From Vicugna vicugna (Eukaryota), in the NCBI GenBank assembly GCA_013265495.1, contig MU058205.1, positions 136,312-200,311 of the forward strand: a stretch of DNA of 64,000 nucleotides, in the 5' to 3' direction. Under the pieces are notes generated by a model. The model had not been told where the DNA came from, ran no database searches, and worked only from the letters and a program-made list of their open reading frames with translations. Every line of letters begins with the position of its first letter. Within the stretch, counting starts at the first letter, position 1. Positions 49,629-62,483 of this stretch are shown piece by piece. A program made the translations under genes and the position numbers.

Positions 49629-52600
49629 TAAATGCTTTAAACTATTAATTGTCTCAATTTCACAGCATGAGGGAGAGACGACCTTCATCCTCTCTCCATC
49701 CTGCAGCTGAGGAGGTGAGGGCTGGGATGCTGGGCGACCTCCCCCGGCCCTGCTACTGTAACACACTCTCTAAACAGTACCGTCTTTCCTGAAGGGCGCA
49801 GCGCCCGCCCTGTGCCGCCCTGTGCCGCCCTGTGCTTGGTCCTGGGCAGCAGGACGTGCCCCAGGCCGTGTGCCCCGGCAGAATGCTGGGGATGGGCAGC
49901 TGTCAAGCACTCAAGCCAGCAGAGCAGTACGGATTCACAGACTGACACAGCCCACGGGGAAGACCGCAGATGTGTATCAAGGCTGACCCTGTCTGGGAGG
50001 CTGGGGAAAGCTTTCTTAAATGAGGCTGAGCTGCAGTCTAGCCCCGCGGTGGAAGCAGCATCCACAGGCGGTGAGGGCTGCAGGGCCTGAAGGCTCACGG
50101 AGGAGTCTGGGCTTTATCCCGGAGGTAAGGGAGGTCTCTGACTATGCGAAGAGCCCACACGCAGAGCCGAAGTTCAGGTGAGGGAAGCCGGCGGCGTGGG
50201 CTCAAGATAAGCCTCCTCTGGAGCTGCGTATCTGGTATCTGGCGTGGCTGGTCCATGGCGGGGGGGTCCAAGCAATGGCTGTGTGGCTGGCAGGGGAGCT
50301 CTCCTTGACCAAGGAGGGCACGCACACCCTCCCCAGGCTGAGCTTGGGGACGCGAACTCAGGCCAGCCTGGCAGTGTGAGGCTAGCAGCGTGAGGGAGCA
50401 GCGTTCAGACTGTATTCCAGCCCTGCCAAGTGCCCGGCCCTGTCCCCTGCGTCTCGGCCTCGGCTGGTAGCACTGCTGGGCCTTGGCATGGGCTGGCGGT
50501 GGGGGGCTGGCGCACAGGGGAGTCACCCGCTGTGGGAGAAAGGGAAGTGGGCCTGGAATCTCAGCAGGCTATCTTCCAGTCATATCCCAGATCTTTATAC
50601 CATTCTTGACAACTTAAAAGCAAACCCAGAGTTTAGATTTAGGGATAAAACCCAAACAAACCCCTAAGTGCTCCGTGGGGAGGGTGAGCTGGTAAAAGGC
50701 TGACTTCAGAGCAAGGTCCCTTAAAAATTCTGAGATCTGCAACTGCTTTTTGTTGATTTCTCTGATTGGCTGGATTTTTTGTTGTTTTTTGTGGGTTTTT
50801 CTGGTAACACCGAGTACTCAGTACGTGCCAGACACTGCTAAGAGCTTTTCCCACGTTGTCATTAGTTCTCAGAACCTACTCTAAAGGCGTTTCACCATAA
50901 TTTAATTTAACTTAGTTTCTGTTTTAATGATTGAGACACTGAGGCTCAGAGGTAATGACACTTGTTCCTTGCCCATCTCACAGGGCCTCCGCCACCTCAG
51001 ATAAAGCTCTTAGGTCCCGAGGTGGCCAGTAGGGCTGATGTCCCTGAGCAGAGCAGGTGGTGGCATGCCCTCGGCCAAAAGCCGCTTCCATGGCAGGTGC
51101 TGGGAAGCCTCTGGAGGAAGAGGTTGCTCAGGGCTCCGGATCTAAGGCAGGAGGGCAGAGAGCGGAGTTGCCCCATAAGGCCAGGGAGGACTTTGCTCAG
51201 TGCTGTCCACCGCCCCACTTTGGGTTTATGTGCCGAGAGATTCCCCTTTCCCCAACCCCGGACCTGAAAGCCAGGAAGCCGGGATGCTCACCCCCACCGC
51301 AAGGGGGTCTGCAGGGCAGGGGTGGGGGCCATATAGGCTTGGAATGGAGGGCCCTTCTCTTCATCCTCCCCTTGCGAATCCCAATGGGCACTTCGAAAAA
51401 ACATCAAGATGAGAAGAGTGTTAACATTTGCAACATTCCTTCAGCAAACACTCTCTGTGACTTCTGCAGGGATGAGGTGGAGAGAAACAGTGAGATCTCT
51501 CCTCACCTCACACTTTAAAGTGGGCGGGAAGCAAGGCCCCCAAGTCTGAGGGCCTTGCCCGACTCCACGCACTGCATCAGTCCCAGGCCTCCCGCTCTCC
51601 CCGGCCCGCCAGGGAGCCGGAGGGAAGTGCCGTGGACGACAGTGAAAACAGACGCAAGTTTCAAAATAGTTTCCAGCAAGTCTTCTCCCCCTGGGAGTCT
51701 CCGAGGTGAACGGAACCCCGAGTGCAGGCCGAGGTGAGCTCAGGTTCACACAGCTCTGGGCCCATCACCCACCTCTGCTCATCACCCGCCACCGCTTCGG
51801 GCCAGGGGGCCATGGATGCTGAGGCCCTGTGACTTCCCACCTCTGCCAGCCCATGTAGCCCCCACGGGCCATCACTTTGGTACAGGCGTCCCTTAAAGGA
51901 AGGGAAAGGGGATCCCATCTTCGTAGTAAAAACAACCTTTTTTCATGGGTTCTCGAGAGCAATCTCTAACCCAAACTGGTGTTGGTAGGGAACTTCACAG
52001 AGGAAGAAGAACGGGAGGAGAGGATGCAAAGTCGGAGCAGATGGCCCCCCACCCCTCTGGGAGCCCCATGAGGACACCTGTGCCCAGGCCGTTCCCCGCC
52101 CCCCACCCTAGGTGTTTACATTCCTCGGGCGCTGAAATTGTGACAGATTATTTTGCCTGCAGGGTCTCAACAACATTTTGTAGGTGGTCTTGTAAAGGAA
52201 AGCAAATATTTAAGGCTTTCTCCTTCCCTCTCCCTGATTGTTTATGTGGGGAGAGAGGTACCAGTTGCTCCTGATAAGAGTGAGCAGCAGGCGGGCGGGC
52301 AGCCGTCCAGCACACGCGATCGGGGCCGGGCGCACAGCCCTGACCCGCTGGCCGCCAGCGCGCTGGACTCACTGTCCCCGGGGAGGGCCACCACCCAGGA
52401 GGGCCCCCGCCCCCACACCAGCAGGGAAAAAACCCAAAGTCGACACTTCCAGGCCAGGATCTTTGGGGGAAGCATCTATAAAATCATGTATGGCCCCGAT
52501 CACTTTATAGACACCTGCTTAGATAATCAGGATTTAACAGTGAATACGTACACTCTGCCTGTCTAAGGGTGCTTATGGGATTAAATTCACGCGGTTATGG

Positions 52601-53914
52601 ATATTTGTATTCCATACACCACGAAAAATAAAAGCTGACCATCTATAGGGCCCGTGTTGTAAGTTTCCCTATATATGGCCAGCATCACAGAAAATATCTA
52701 TCAGCTACTTATGAGGGTTCAGTTAGTTACTGTACAAGGCACATGGCCCTTTACAGGAATTTATGATCCAGGGAAAACAATGTTATGTTCAAGGAGATGA
52801 AAGCTGCAACGTCTGTAGTAACGACTGAGACTCGCATATGGTTTTACAAGGTACAAAGTCTTCTCACAACTTTGCGTCCTCTGCTCGCCATGAATCTTGT
52901 GAAGGCTGAGTGTCCTGCTCCGGGGCACACAGTTGCTACGCCCCGAAGTGAGTAGCTTTGCTCTGTCCTGTTGTGCACTGATGTCTACGGGCACGGACGG
53001 GGGAGTGTGGCGGCAGAGGCCTTGCTGTGAGTTACTGAGGCTTCCAGGTGTGAGGATGGGGAGGGGACGGAGAACAGTCACCAGGCGGGCGAAGGCTGTG
53101 CCAGCGTAGCACGTTTGCCTTGAGGCCGATGCCCGACAAGCAGGGGCCAAAGTCTACCCGGGAGTGTGGTTTCTAAGGGAGGGCGATGCCGGGCGGTTCC
53201 TGGCGGGGCGGTCCCCGGTGGGTGTGGTGGAGGAGAGCCTGGCGGGAGGCGGGCAGAGGTACCCACAACCTTACAGGCCCGGCCAGGACACCGGGGGGAC
53301 CTTACTCACGCGCCCTTCCCCAGAGCCTTGACAACCCCAGTCCCACTGCTGAGGGGACAGATGAACAGAGTGGTCAAAACCACATTTGAGGCCACACAGC
53401 TAGTAAGTCGGAGCCGGACTCCAACCCCTCTGCCTCCTCTGGGGCCGGAGTGCCCAGCTACTTCGCAGCTGTCTCCATGGTCCAGGGAAGGGCTGTGGGC
53501 CTGGACAGGAGGGCAAAAGTGAGCTCAGAGGTGAGGGGCAGAAGCAGGAACTGAAGCCTGAGATCTCTGAGGCTGACATTCAGGTATAGTGAGACTCTCA
53601 CACTGGCAAGTGACTTTAAAAACCTTTCAAAATGGCAATAATGCCCTACTGTAAGAAACATGAAGAGAAAGGATTTGAGTCTCAGCAGTGTCACCTACCT
53701 TAGTTCTCTTCAGTGATCCTCAGTCTCCTCGTCTGTAAAATGGGACAACAAAACTTTTTCTTATGGTATTATAAAGATCGAATCAGATAATGTCTCTTAA
53801 AGTCTCCGTAGACCACAAACTGTTAAACAGGTGTAGTTTTCTTAACACTGGGAATTTCACTCTAATATTTGATACAATTTAAACATTTCACAGTTAAAAA
53901 GAGACTTATGGGAC

Positions 53915-55228
53915 CACCGCATGCAGATTGGGATGACTACCATCCAAAAGTAGAAAATGACAAGTATTGGCAGGATGAGGAGAGACTGAAACTCCAGTGC
54001 TTCACTGGTGGGAAAGTAAAATGGTGCAGCCACTTTGGAATACAGTATGGTGAGTTTTCAGAAAATTAAACATAGAATTATCACATGACCCAGCAATACT
54101 ATTTCTGGGTATATACCCAAAAGAATTGAAAATGGGGTCTAGAGATATTTGTATACCCAATTTTTTTTTAAATTAAAGTACAGTCGGTTACAATGTGTTG
54201 ATGTCTGGTGTACAGCACAATGTCTAAATCATGCATATATATACATATATTTGTTTTCATTTTTTTCATTAAAGGTTATTACAAGATATTGAACAGTTAC
54301 CTGTGCTACATAGCAGAAACATTTTTCAAATCTATTTTGCATATAGTAGCTAACATTTATAAATCTCAAACTCCCAAATTTATCCCTTCCCACCCCTTTT
54401 CCCCAGTAACCATAAGATTGTTTACAATGTCTGTGATTCTGTTTCTGTTTTGTAGATGAGATCAGTGTCCTTTTTTTTCTTTTTTCTTTTTTTAGATTCC
54501 ACATATGAGTTATAGCACATGGTATTTTTCTTTCTCTTTCTGGTTAACTTCACTTAGAATGACAATCTCTAGGTCCACTCATGTTGCTGCAAATGGCATC
54601 ATTTTATTCTTTTTAAGGCTGAGTGATATTCCATTGTATAAATATAGCACAACTGCTTTATCCAGTCATCTGTCAGTGGACATTTAAGTTGCTTCCATGT
54701 CTTGGCTGTAGTAAATAGTGCTGCTATGAACATTGGGGTGCATGTGTCTTTTCGAATTAGAGTTCCCTCCAGGTGTACACCCAATGTTCATAGCAGTATT
54801 ATTCATAGTAGCTGAAAGATGGAAGCAAGCTGAGTGTCCATCGATGGATTAGTAGACAAACAAAATGTGGCGTATCCATATAATGGAATATTATTCAGCC
54901 TTAAACAGGAAGGAAATTCTGACATGTGCTGCAGCATGGATGAACCCAGAGGACATTATGCTGAGTGAAATAAACCAGTCACAAAAGGACCCGTGCCGTG
55001 TGATTGCACTTACCGGAGGTGCCTAGAGGAGTCAAATTCCCAGGGAGGAGTTTTTGTTAAATGGGGACAGAGTTTCAATTTTACAAGATGAAAAGAAATC
55101 TGGAGATGCCTAATGGTGATGGTTGCACAACACATGCATGTCCTTAATACCACTGACCCCCACACAAAAAGGGTTAAGATGGTAAATTTTACATTATGTG
55201 TGTTTTATCACAATTAAAAAAAAAAAAG
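53915..55228 (+). mobile_element. L1MB-type 3' end, split by a younger L1
   Basis: gacaagtattggcaggatgagg...aaaatggtgcagccactttggaa...catggatgaacc...gttaagatggtaaatttt...tttatcacaattaaaaaa. Confidence 0.88.
54162..54773 (-). mobile_element. Lineage-specific 5'-truncated L1 nested antisense in L1MB
   Basis: TSD tgtatacccaat/tgtacacccaat (54150-54161 / 54774-54785). ORF GTLIRKDTCTPMFIAALFTTAKTWKQ. Confidence 0.92.
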
Positions 55229-57392
55229 AGGCAGATGGGAGCCACCAGAAGGCTCGCAGAGCAGAGGCCACCAAGAACCCCTTCCCTGCACTTCCTTGCT
55301 GCCCTGGGCTCGGGAGTGGCCATGCTGCTTGGGGACCCTGCTGAATCTCCAGATCCTTTTCTGTGACGGGCTTGCATCGCGGAGACTGCCACCCACCCTG
55401 AGAACTGGGCCCCGAGCAGGTGCACCTTGCTCCCGGCAGGGCCCCTAGTGTCAGTGCGGGGCGGTTCCCACGCCTGCGTGTGCAGCTTTTCAAATCACAG
55501 GGCCTAAAATAAATGTTGAGGGCTTTATTGCTTCCCTTTGATTCTGGGAATGGCCACTGTGTGAAGCTTTCAGGGACTTACTGGAACTTTTCAGAAATAG
55601 CCATATTTTGTGCCCTTTTGAAGAATACTTTGTGTATAGAAGGTCACAAACAGGGGTTGGGGGCAGAAATCTGCTTTATGTGCATCTATTTCAGGCTCAG
55701 ACTGGGGCCCTCTGTGGCATTTAGGAGGATGGGAGAGGGCTCAGGGGGCCCCCCAGGGGTCTTCCTACAGGAGGAAGGCCCAGGAAACCGAGCCACAGCC
55801 CCCAAGCCCTGGATGCAGTGGTAGGGGGAGCCCAGGGCATCTGGGTTCCGGAACCGGCCAGGAAGATGGGCTGAGAGGATGGCTGTTTAAAGATGCTCTT
55901 GGAGGTTCCCCTGGAGCTGCTCTGAAGCTGGTCTTGACTAAAGGGCTCTGGAAGAACGTGGGGCTCAAGGTCATGTGACTCGGCAGGCCTTGGGCGCGGT
56001 GCTCCCCAGGGATGCACGAGGCGCCCTCCGGTCTCCCGCCAGCGCCCTGCTGTTTGCTGTGCACACCTCACACACCTCGGCAGCCTCCTCAGCCTCCCCA
56101 GGCCTCTGCCTCGGGATTATCACAGGACCAACTGAGGCACTGGCAAGGCCAGGCCTTTATAAAGGCGTCAGGCAGGCATGTCACCATCTGAAGTAAACTG
56201 ACAGCTGGTCGGGGAGCCCCTGAAGGGTGGGGGCCCCTAACAGCCAGTGGAGGGAGAGTCCATCAGAAGCTTCGGCCCTTCTGTGAAGAAATGCCAGCTG
56301 CTGTCCCAGTGCAGGGCCCGGCCGGCGGGGGCTGGGGCGATGGGCAGACAGGAGGAGGGCCTCCGGCAAGGTGGCAGGGCCTGTCTCTCAGGGGGCTCTC
56401 CGAGTAGCAGCCTGCCCTCCCCGACCCCTAGGCTTCGTTTCTTCCAGCTGCTCCTCCTCCTACCGTGTCCGCAGCCACCCACTGCTCAGTGCTCACTCCA
56501 GGGGCTAAACCACACACAGGATCAAGCGCCTTTCCCTGGCCGTTTGCATGGAAAATGTCTTTGGTTCCCTTTCTGGAAGGATGTGCTCGTCTGTGGGCTT
56601 CAAAGAGGGGCAGGGGGAAGGGGAGCCCTGGGGGGACGAGAGAGCCAGAAGGGGCACGCGGGGGGCAGGAGGAGTCCGGACGGGAGTGGAGGAGAGTGTC
56701 CCTGGATTCCCGGGCGGGATGTCAAGTTTAGTCCACGTGCAGAGAGCTCTGAGTGTCACGTGGGACACTAGACCACCTGCGTGGGGACAGGACATGGGGA
56801 CACAAAAACAACACTCTTGCTCTTAAGGAATTCACCCAGGGAGGCAGAAGTGATAGGAATAGAAATAAAGGAATGAATTAATGAATATAGAAGCATAGGG
56901 CTTTAGCATGTTCAAATACACGGCTGACCTCATCTTCACAGCCTTCTGGGGGAGCTCCTGGGATCTGCGTTTGTGCGCGGGAACAGTGAGGCTCAGGTTC
57001 GCGTGGATGGAGTGTGGGCTGACCAGTCTCACCCTGGAGGCGCTTGCTCCTCTCTGCTCCGCGGGCAAAGGCCGGCTGACCGAGGCTGCGCTGCAGTCCT
57101 TGGAGGGCTCACCTCCTCCGCACGGGGGGCGGTTGCTGCTGTGGCTGGGCCATCACCCGGAGCAATTACAGGTGTCCTCTCCGTGGAGTCCGTTACCCCT
57201 TACATGACGATGGCTGGTTCCGGGAGACAGGAAACGGCAGCTACCAGTTTCCTAGGGCCTGGGTCCGGGAACAGCAGCAGGGCTATGTCGACAATTCTCC
57301 AGTGGCCAAGGAGTCCCACAGCCCGTATTCAAGGGGCAGGGGGGAGGAGGGGCTCCTCCTGGCAGTGGGAGAAGTACTGAAAAATACTGGGC

Positions 57393-57844
57393 TGTTACTG
57401 AACTGAACTTGGGTCCGCTCACCTGCGCGCAGTAAAGCCGATCTGCTGACACCAGGGTGTGGTGAAGCAGAGGGCACCAAGCGAGGAGGCCAGGGAGCCA
57501 GTGCTCAAAAGCCCCAAACACCCCGCTGGGTGCCAGCAAAGCATATATAAAGGCCAGGTGAGGGAGGGTATGTGATCAGCTCGTGCACAGTCCTCTGACT
57601 GGTTGACGTGGAGGGAACAGGGCGTCAACACTGTCACCCACTGGGTGCCAGAAGGTCTGGGGAACACATGCTGTCAGTCATCAAGTAGTTCATGTCTTCC
57701 CTTGGTGGTGGTTTTAGCATCTGAAAAACTCAAGAAATATACAGGAGATACTTTGATCTGGGGTTCTGCGGAGAGGAGCTGCAGCAGAGGATAGGGGGAG
57801 GGGTCTGCCCCGGGAAGGGCCCATGGGGTCTGGCTTAGTTAACA
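57393..57844 (-). mobile_element. ERV1-type solo LTR, family B copy 3 (variant U5 side)
   Basis: tgtta...taaca inverted ends, perfect TSD gggc. The U3 side is shared with 13241-13700. Confidence 0.88.
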
Positions 57845-59529
57845 GGGCCCTGTTTTAAAATTGCCACAGTGATTTCTCTCCGCATCATGGAATCACAGCG
57901 TTTACTGCTGGGAAGTCTTCACACTCAGCAGGAATCTTGTCTATGCACAGTTGGTGGTCTGCTCTGCATCGCAAAGCCATCCTACACCAAGGACTCTGGG
58001 ACCTTAGGAACATAAACAAAGACAGGAGAAAGGCCCTTCCATGTGAGCCCCGTAGCCCCCTGCAGGTCCCCGGCAGGTCCACCCAGAGCCACTGCCACCC
58101 CCACCATGCCCTTCAGGATGACCCAGGGACAGAGTGGGGGGGCTCTGAGCTGGAAGAGTGCATTTCTGCATAAGGGGTACTGCCTTAGAATTTTCTCCCA
58201 ACTTTTTCAACCTGCCATCATTGTCACCATCTTCGTAGCACTTCTCAGTTTAGCTGCGGTTAGCACCTACCACGTGACATTTGTGGCTTGTGTGTGCACA
58301 CGTGTGGGTGTGGGAGAACAGGCACTCCGCCTCCCCCACTGGAGAACACGCCTCACGAGAACTAAAGCTTTGAATGCCCTGCTCATCACGGGTACCCACT
58401 TCTGGAACCGTGTCTGGAGCCCAGGGGCATCCGGTAAGCAGCCGTGAGGGAGTAAAGGAAGCACCACCGTTGTCAATATCATCTGCTCATGACTCTGTTG
58501 ACCACCAACCTTCAGCTTTTCTTGAATCTTGTATTTTCTTTTAACCATTTTTTTTTCCTGCTAAAAAGAAGCTGCTAAAGTGGTTGGTAAGCAGTTGGGA
58601 GCCTGCTTCTCTTTCTCTGCCAAACTAGTGATGCGACCCCCTCCCCCGTTCTTGGCTTTGATGGAAAGAAGTGTTGGATTAGCTGTGCTCTCGAAGTTTA
58701 CTTCTGCTTCCAAAATATTAACACATAAACCCTAGATGATTGCAACTTGGGCTAACTGCGCCAAAAAGGTCCTTTGCAAGTTCTGATGACCTGACCGGAT
58801 TGTGCTGGTCACAACAGGCTTAAGAACGAGAGAAAACTGTGTTCTTTATGGGTCTTTAGTTTAGAACCATGACCAAGTAAGGATGTGAATGTCTGAAAAC
58901 CAGTATGTTAGCGTGTGCTGCACCTTGAAGTGAAGCCATCGCTAAGCTTAAATTATGAGAAAAAAGTGGAAGAAAAGAGAAATTCCATTATGTGTAAGTG
59001 AATGGACATTTAGGAAATAGAGGGTCATGCCTAAGACCCTCCCCTCTTTGGCGTCTTCAGATTCCCACCACTCACCCGGGACTGTCCCTCTGTCTTCAGA
59101 AAGCCTCTTGCCTGTCTTGTCTGTTTCCATTGACACCATGTAGCTCCCCACCTGAGAGCTTATTCAGTCTCCAGTCTCTGCCTGTTCAGTGCACCCCCCA
59201 CTGCGTGGCCAGGTTAGAAGACGCCTCAGCGATGTTGGTGGCCACCCGAAAAGCCCACAGGCCCCCCAGCCCACGGGCCATGGGAAGCTGCACAGCTCCA
59301 CGTGGGGCCAACCTTCCTCCCCTTGACTTACTCACCCGGCCACACTGCTCTCTCTTAAATCCTTCATGAGCATTCCTGTTCCTCAGTCCTGAGCCACCTC
59401 ATTTCCTTTGGCATAAAAAACCCTCCTTCATTTATTTGACAAATATTTATCAGGGTGAATATTGTGTGTGGGAGGCTGACAAAAAAATTATACAGTAGTA
59501 AATGTAAGCACAAACGACTGCATCCTTCT

Positions 59530-59850
59530 CCAGGGGTTCAAAATACAAGCTCCGTGGTTAGAATGAGCTCGTTCCAACACTGAGTGGTTTGGGGCAAGTG
59601 ACTTAAATCTATTTCTGCCTCAAGCTTCCCATGAGAAAAATGGGTTAATAAGAAACGTTGATCAAACATTGCTAAGAACTAGGCACCATTCGAAATGCTG
59701 AGGGGTATGACCACATTTCATCATCACGGCCACCTCCTGAGAAGGGTCCTGTGATCCCCATTTCGTGGATGAGGACCCGGAAGGACCAGAGAAGCTACCA
59801 GGTTACTGTCAAGTCTCGTGACCAGTGAGGGACAAAGCTGGGCTCGCTAC
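59530..59850. mobile_element. Two opposed MIR remnants
   Basis: ttggggcaagtgacttaaatc...ctgcctca (+), then ccccatttcgtggatgaggac (-). Confidence 0.5.
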
Positions 59851-60227
59851 TCAGGTGGCCTGCTCTTCACCACCCCCAGGTGCTGCCCTTTGAGGAGGAA
59901 ACTCTTACGTGGTTGCTGGGGGTCCAAGGGGGCCACTGCACGTGAAGACCGTAGAACAGCGCCCGGCCCAGTGTCAATGCCAGGAACCGTGGGCCAGTGC
60001 AGTCAGTCTCATGCTCCTTTCAAACCCTGTCCAGGTGTGCCTGCTCCCTGAAGCTGTCCCTTCTCCCCAGATACAGTGACATCACATCTCCCAGATCCCT
60101 TAGCTCTGATTTTCTCAACTATTTATTTGCATCTTTGGCCATTTCCTTTTATTCTTGGTTATCTTCTTATGCTCATGCCTTCTCTCTCCATCCAGAATTC
60201 AAGCTGCAGGTGTTTAAACATACAATG

Positions 60228-60737
60228 TATGAATAGAAAATTTGAGACATAATAAAGCCAACAGGTCAGGAGATGATCGCCTTTGAAGAGAGAGCTCGTT
60301 ACTCACAATCCCTAAAGGAGGGGACAGGCCATGTCCTGGGGGACCAGGGGCACCTGGGGAAGCACCCGACTGGTCAGGAGGCAGAGGGAGGGGGGACACA
60401 TGGGCACGAGCATTTACTGTGGTTCCCGCGGAAGGAACAGGCAAGACAGGGTCGGCAGGCTCGGGACTGGCTGGTCTGATTCATTTCCGGGCTCTGGGAT
60501 TCAGAGCTGTCCCTAGCTGTCTGGTACCCGGCCCTGGGTGATGAGGGCAGGGGGATGGTGTGGTTGGGGTGTGGGCTCTGGACTGGCTGGATTGCATTTG
60601 AAAAGCAAGCTGCAGGCTGAGCTGCTTAGCCTCTCTGGGAATTGGCTGACTCTGGGAGGGGTGGGCCCTCCTGGATCAACAAAGCCCCAGATGGCAAAGC
60701 ACCAGAAATGCAGAAAACAAAAGGCAGCGTTAATACA
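60228..60737 (-). mobile_element. ERVL-type LTR (MER54/MER74/MER76-group-like)
   Basis: gccaacaggtcaggagatgatcgcc...gttactcacaatccc...ggggaagcacc...gtcaggaggcagagggag...ttaataca. Confidence 0.6.
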
Positions 60738-60787
60738 GCAGGTAACGGAGAAGCATGTGTAATACTTTTTCCTCTCTGGTCCTAAAT

Positions 60788-60970
60788 CAGCGTTTCTCAG
60801 TGTGGGGCCTACGGAACATGTATGTCAGTCTCACTTGAGGAGCTTGTTAAAAATGCAGATCCCTGGGCCCCTGTCCCAGACATAGCGCATCAGCATCTCT
60901 GGACATGGGGCCCAATCATCTGTCTATTTAGCAAGTTCTCTGGGTTAATCTTTTGTTCACCCTGGTTTGT
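60788..60970. mobile_element. MER5A hAT-Charlie MITE
   Basis: cagcgtttctca...gagcttgttaaaaatgcagatccctgggccc...catctctgg...ggggccc. Confidence 0.8.
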
Positions 60971-61838
60971 GCAGTACGGTCCTACATCTCTTATCTCCAC
61001 GCTGGGGCATCAAAGTGAGCTCTGAGTTGAGGGAAAGGCCAAACGGAATTCCTAGGAACACAAGCAGCTCTCCCAAAGGAAAAGCCCCAGCCTTGTAGCG
61101 CCACCTCCGTGGCTCAGCTGCAGGGAATTACTTGGAGAACAGTGGAGGCTTCCTGGAAGGCCGAGACCAAAAGGGTTTCCTATCTCGACTGGGGAGCTGA
61201 GTGGGCTGAGGGAGAAAGAGAACTCTAGTCTGGACAATGGTTGGAGCTGGAGGAAACCAGGAAATGACAGCAACGGGATAAGTTACGCCTGTCAAGTTGT
61301 CATGGGTCCCGTAGGGGAAACTGCAGCGGTGAAACTCACCTGTGTGCCTGAAACTTACCTCCTTGCCTCTAGTGTGAATCCCCAAAATAAGTCGTTCTGG
61401 GTTCCAAAAGTCCAACGGAGCTTTTTTCCCCCCTGGCAGATTGTATTTGGAGAAATGTAATTGGAGAGAAATGTCAGTAAGAACCTATAGTTCCAAGAGC
61501 AGGGCTCTCGGGACCCACCTGGGCTTTGTCAAGGGGCAGGGACGATCTGAGCAGCCACGTGGCCCGGGAAATGCAGGCCACAGGGCAGTGGGGGCCACGG
61601 GATCATCAGGAGAGCACACGCAGAGTGCAGAGTGCTGCCGTGTGTGTTTGCAGCCGTGATGAGGCTGGAGGACACGACCTGGGTGATCATTTAGAAAAGA
61701 TAAGCTCAAGTGGGACAAAGGGGAAAGGCACAATCTGTGGGGCAATCTGGTCCCCAAAACTACAGGCGCCACTGAGCAGTCCAGAGAGGGAAGAGTTTGT
61801 TTACATTGGCAGTGCTTTTGAAGGCTGAATTTCCTACC

Positions 61839-62483
61839 TGATGCAGGAAAAACAGATACGGGGCGTGAGGAGGGCCATGTCCCAGGTCTGGGTGGAGTCC
61901 CCGGGACGTGCCCCACTGAGTGTGGATCCTTGGCTTCATGCAGAAAAGAACTCAAGAGTGAGCCACAGTTGAGTAAAGGTAGATTTATTTAGAGAGATAC
62001 ATACTACACAGAGTGCAGGCTGTTTCAGAAGGAAGAGAAAGGCCACGAGGTGTGGGATTGGGTGCTCAGGTTAAAGTAAAGGTAGGTACACAATCCACAG
62101 AGAGAGTGCAGGCCATCCCAGTGAGAGAGGCCACAAGGCGAGACGTGGCCAGTTTTTATGGGCTCCGTAGCCTCACATGCTAACAAGTGCGAGGACCAGT
62201 CTAACTACCCTGGGGAAGGGGCTGGGATCCCCAAGAAGTTGGCCGTTGCCCACTTTGACCTTTTGTGGCTACCTTGGGACTGCCATGGCGCCTGTGGGCG
62301 TGCTGTTCACCATGCTAATATGTTGCAGGAGGCGTACAATGAAGCTCAAGCTCTGCTAGAAGTCAAGTCTCCCACCATCCTAAGCCTCAAGGCCAGCTAG
62401 GGGTTGAATCTTCTGCCATCCTGGTGTTAACTTCTGTGTTATTCCTTGAATGGCTGTGTCCTGCCCCCTTCCCTCCTGTCTCG
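61839..62483 (-). mobile_element. ERV1-type solo LTR, family A copy 3
   Basis: Reverse complement of 20001-20660. Intact polyA signal (tttatt at about 61984). Near-TSD tacc/tgcc. Confidence 0.88.

Noticed and set aside
49803..49836. (gccctgtgcc)x3 short tandem repeat
   Set aside because: Ordinary slippage repeat with no spacers; not CRISPR-like.
52595..52615. tatgga...tccata hairpin as a pre-miRNA
   Set aside because: The stem is far too short.
52667..52678. cctatatatgg as an SRF CArG box
   Set aside because: It has seven A/T bases rather than the canonical six.
56607..56670. G-run clusters as functional G-quadruplexes
   Set aside because: Expected by chance at this GC content, with no supporting context.
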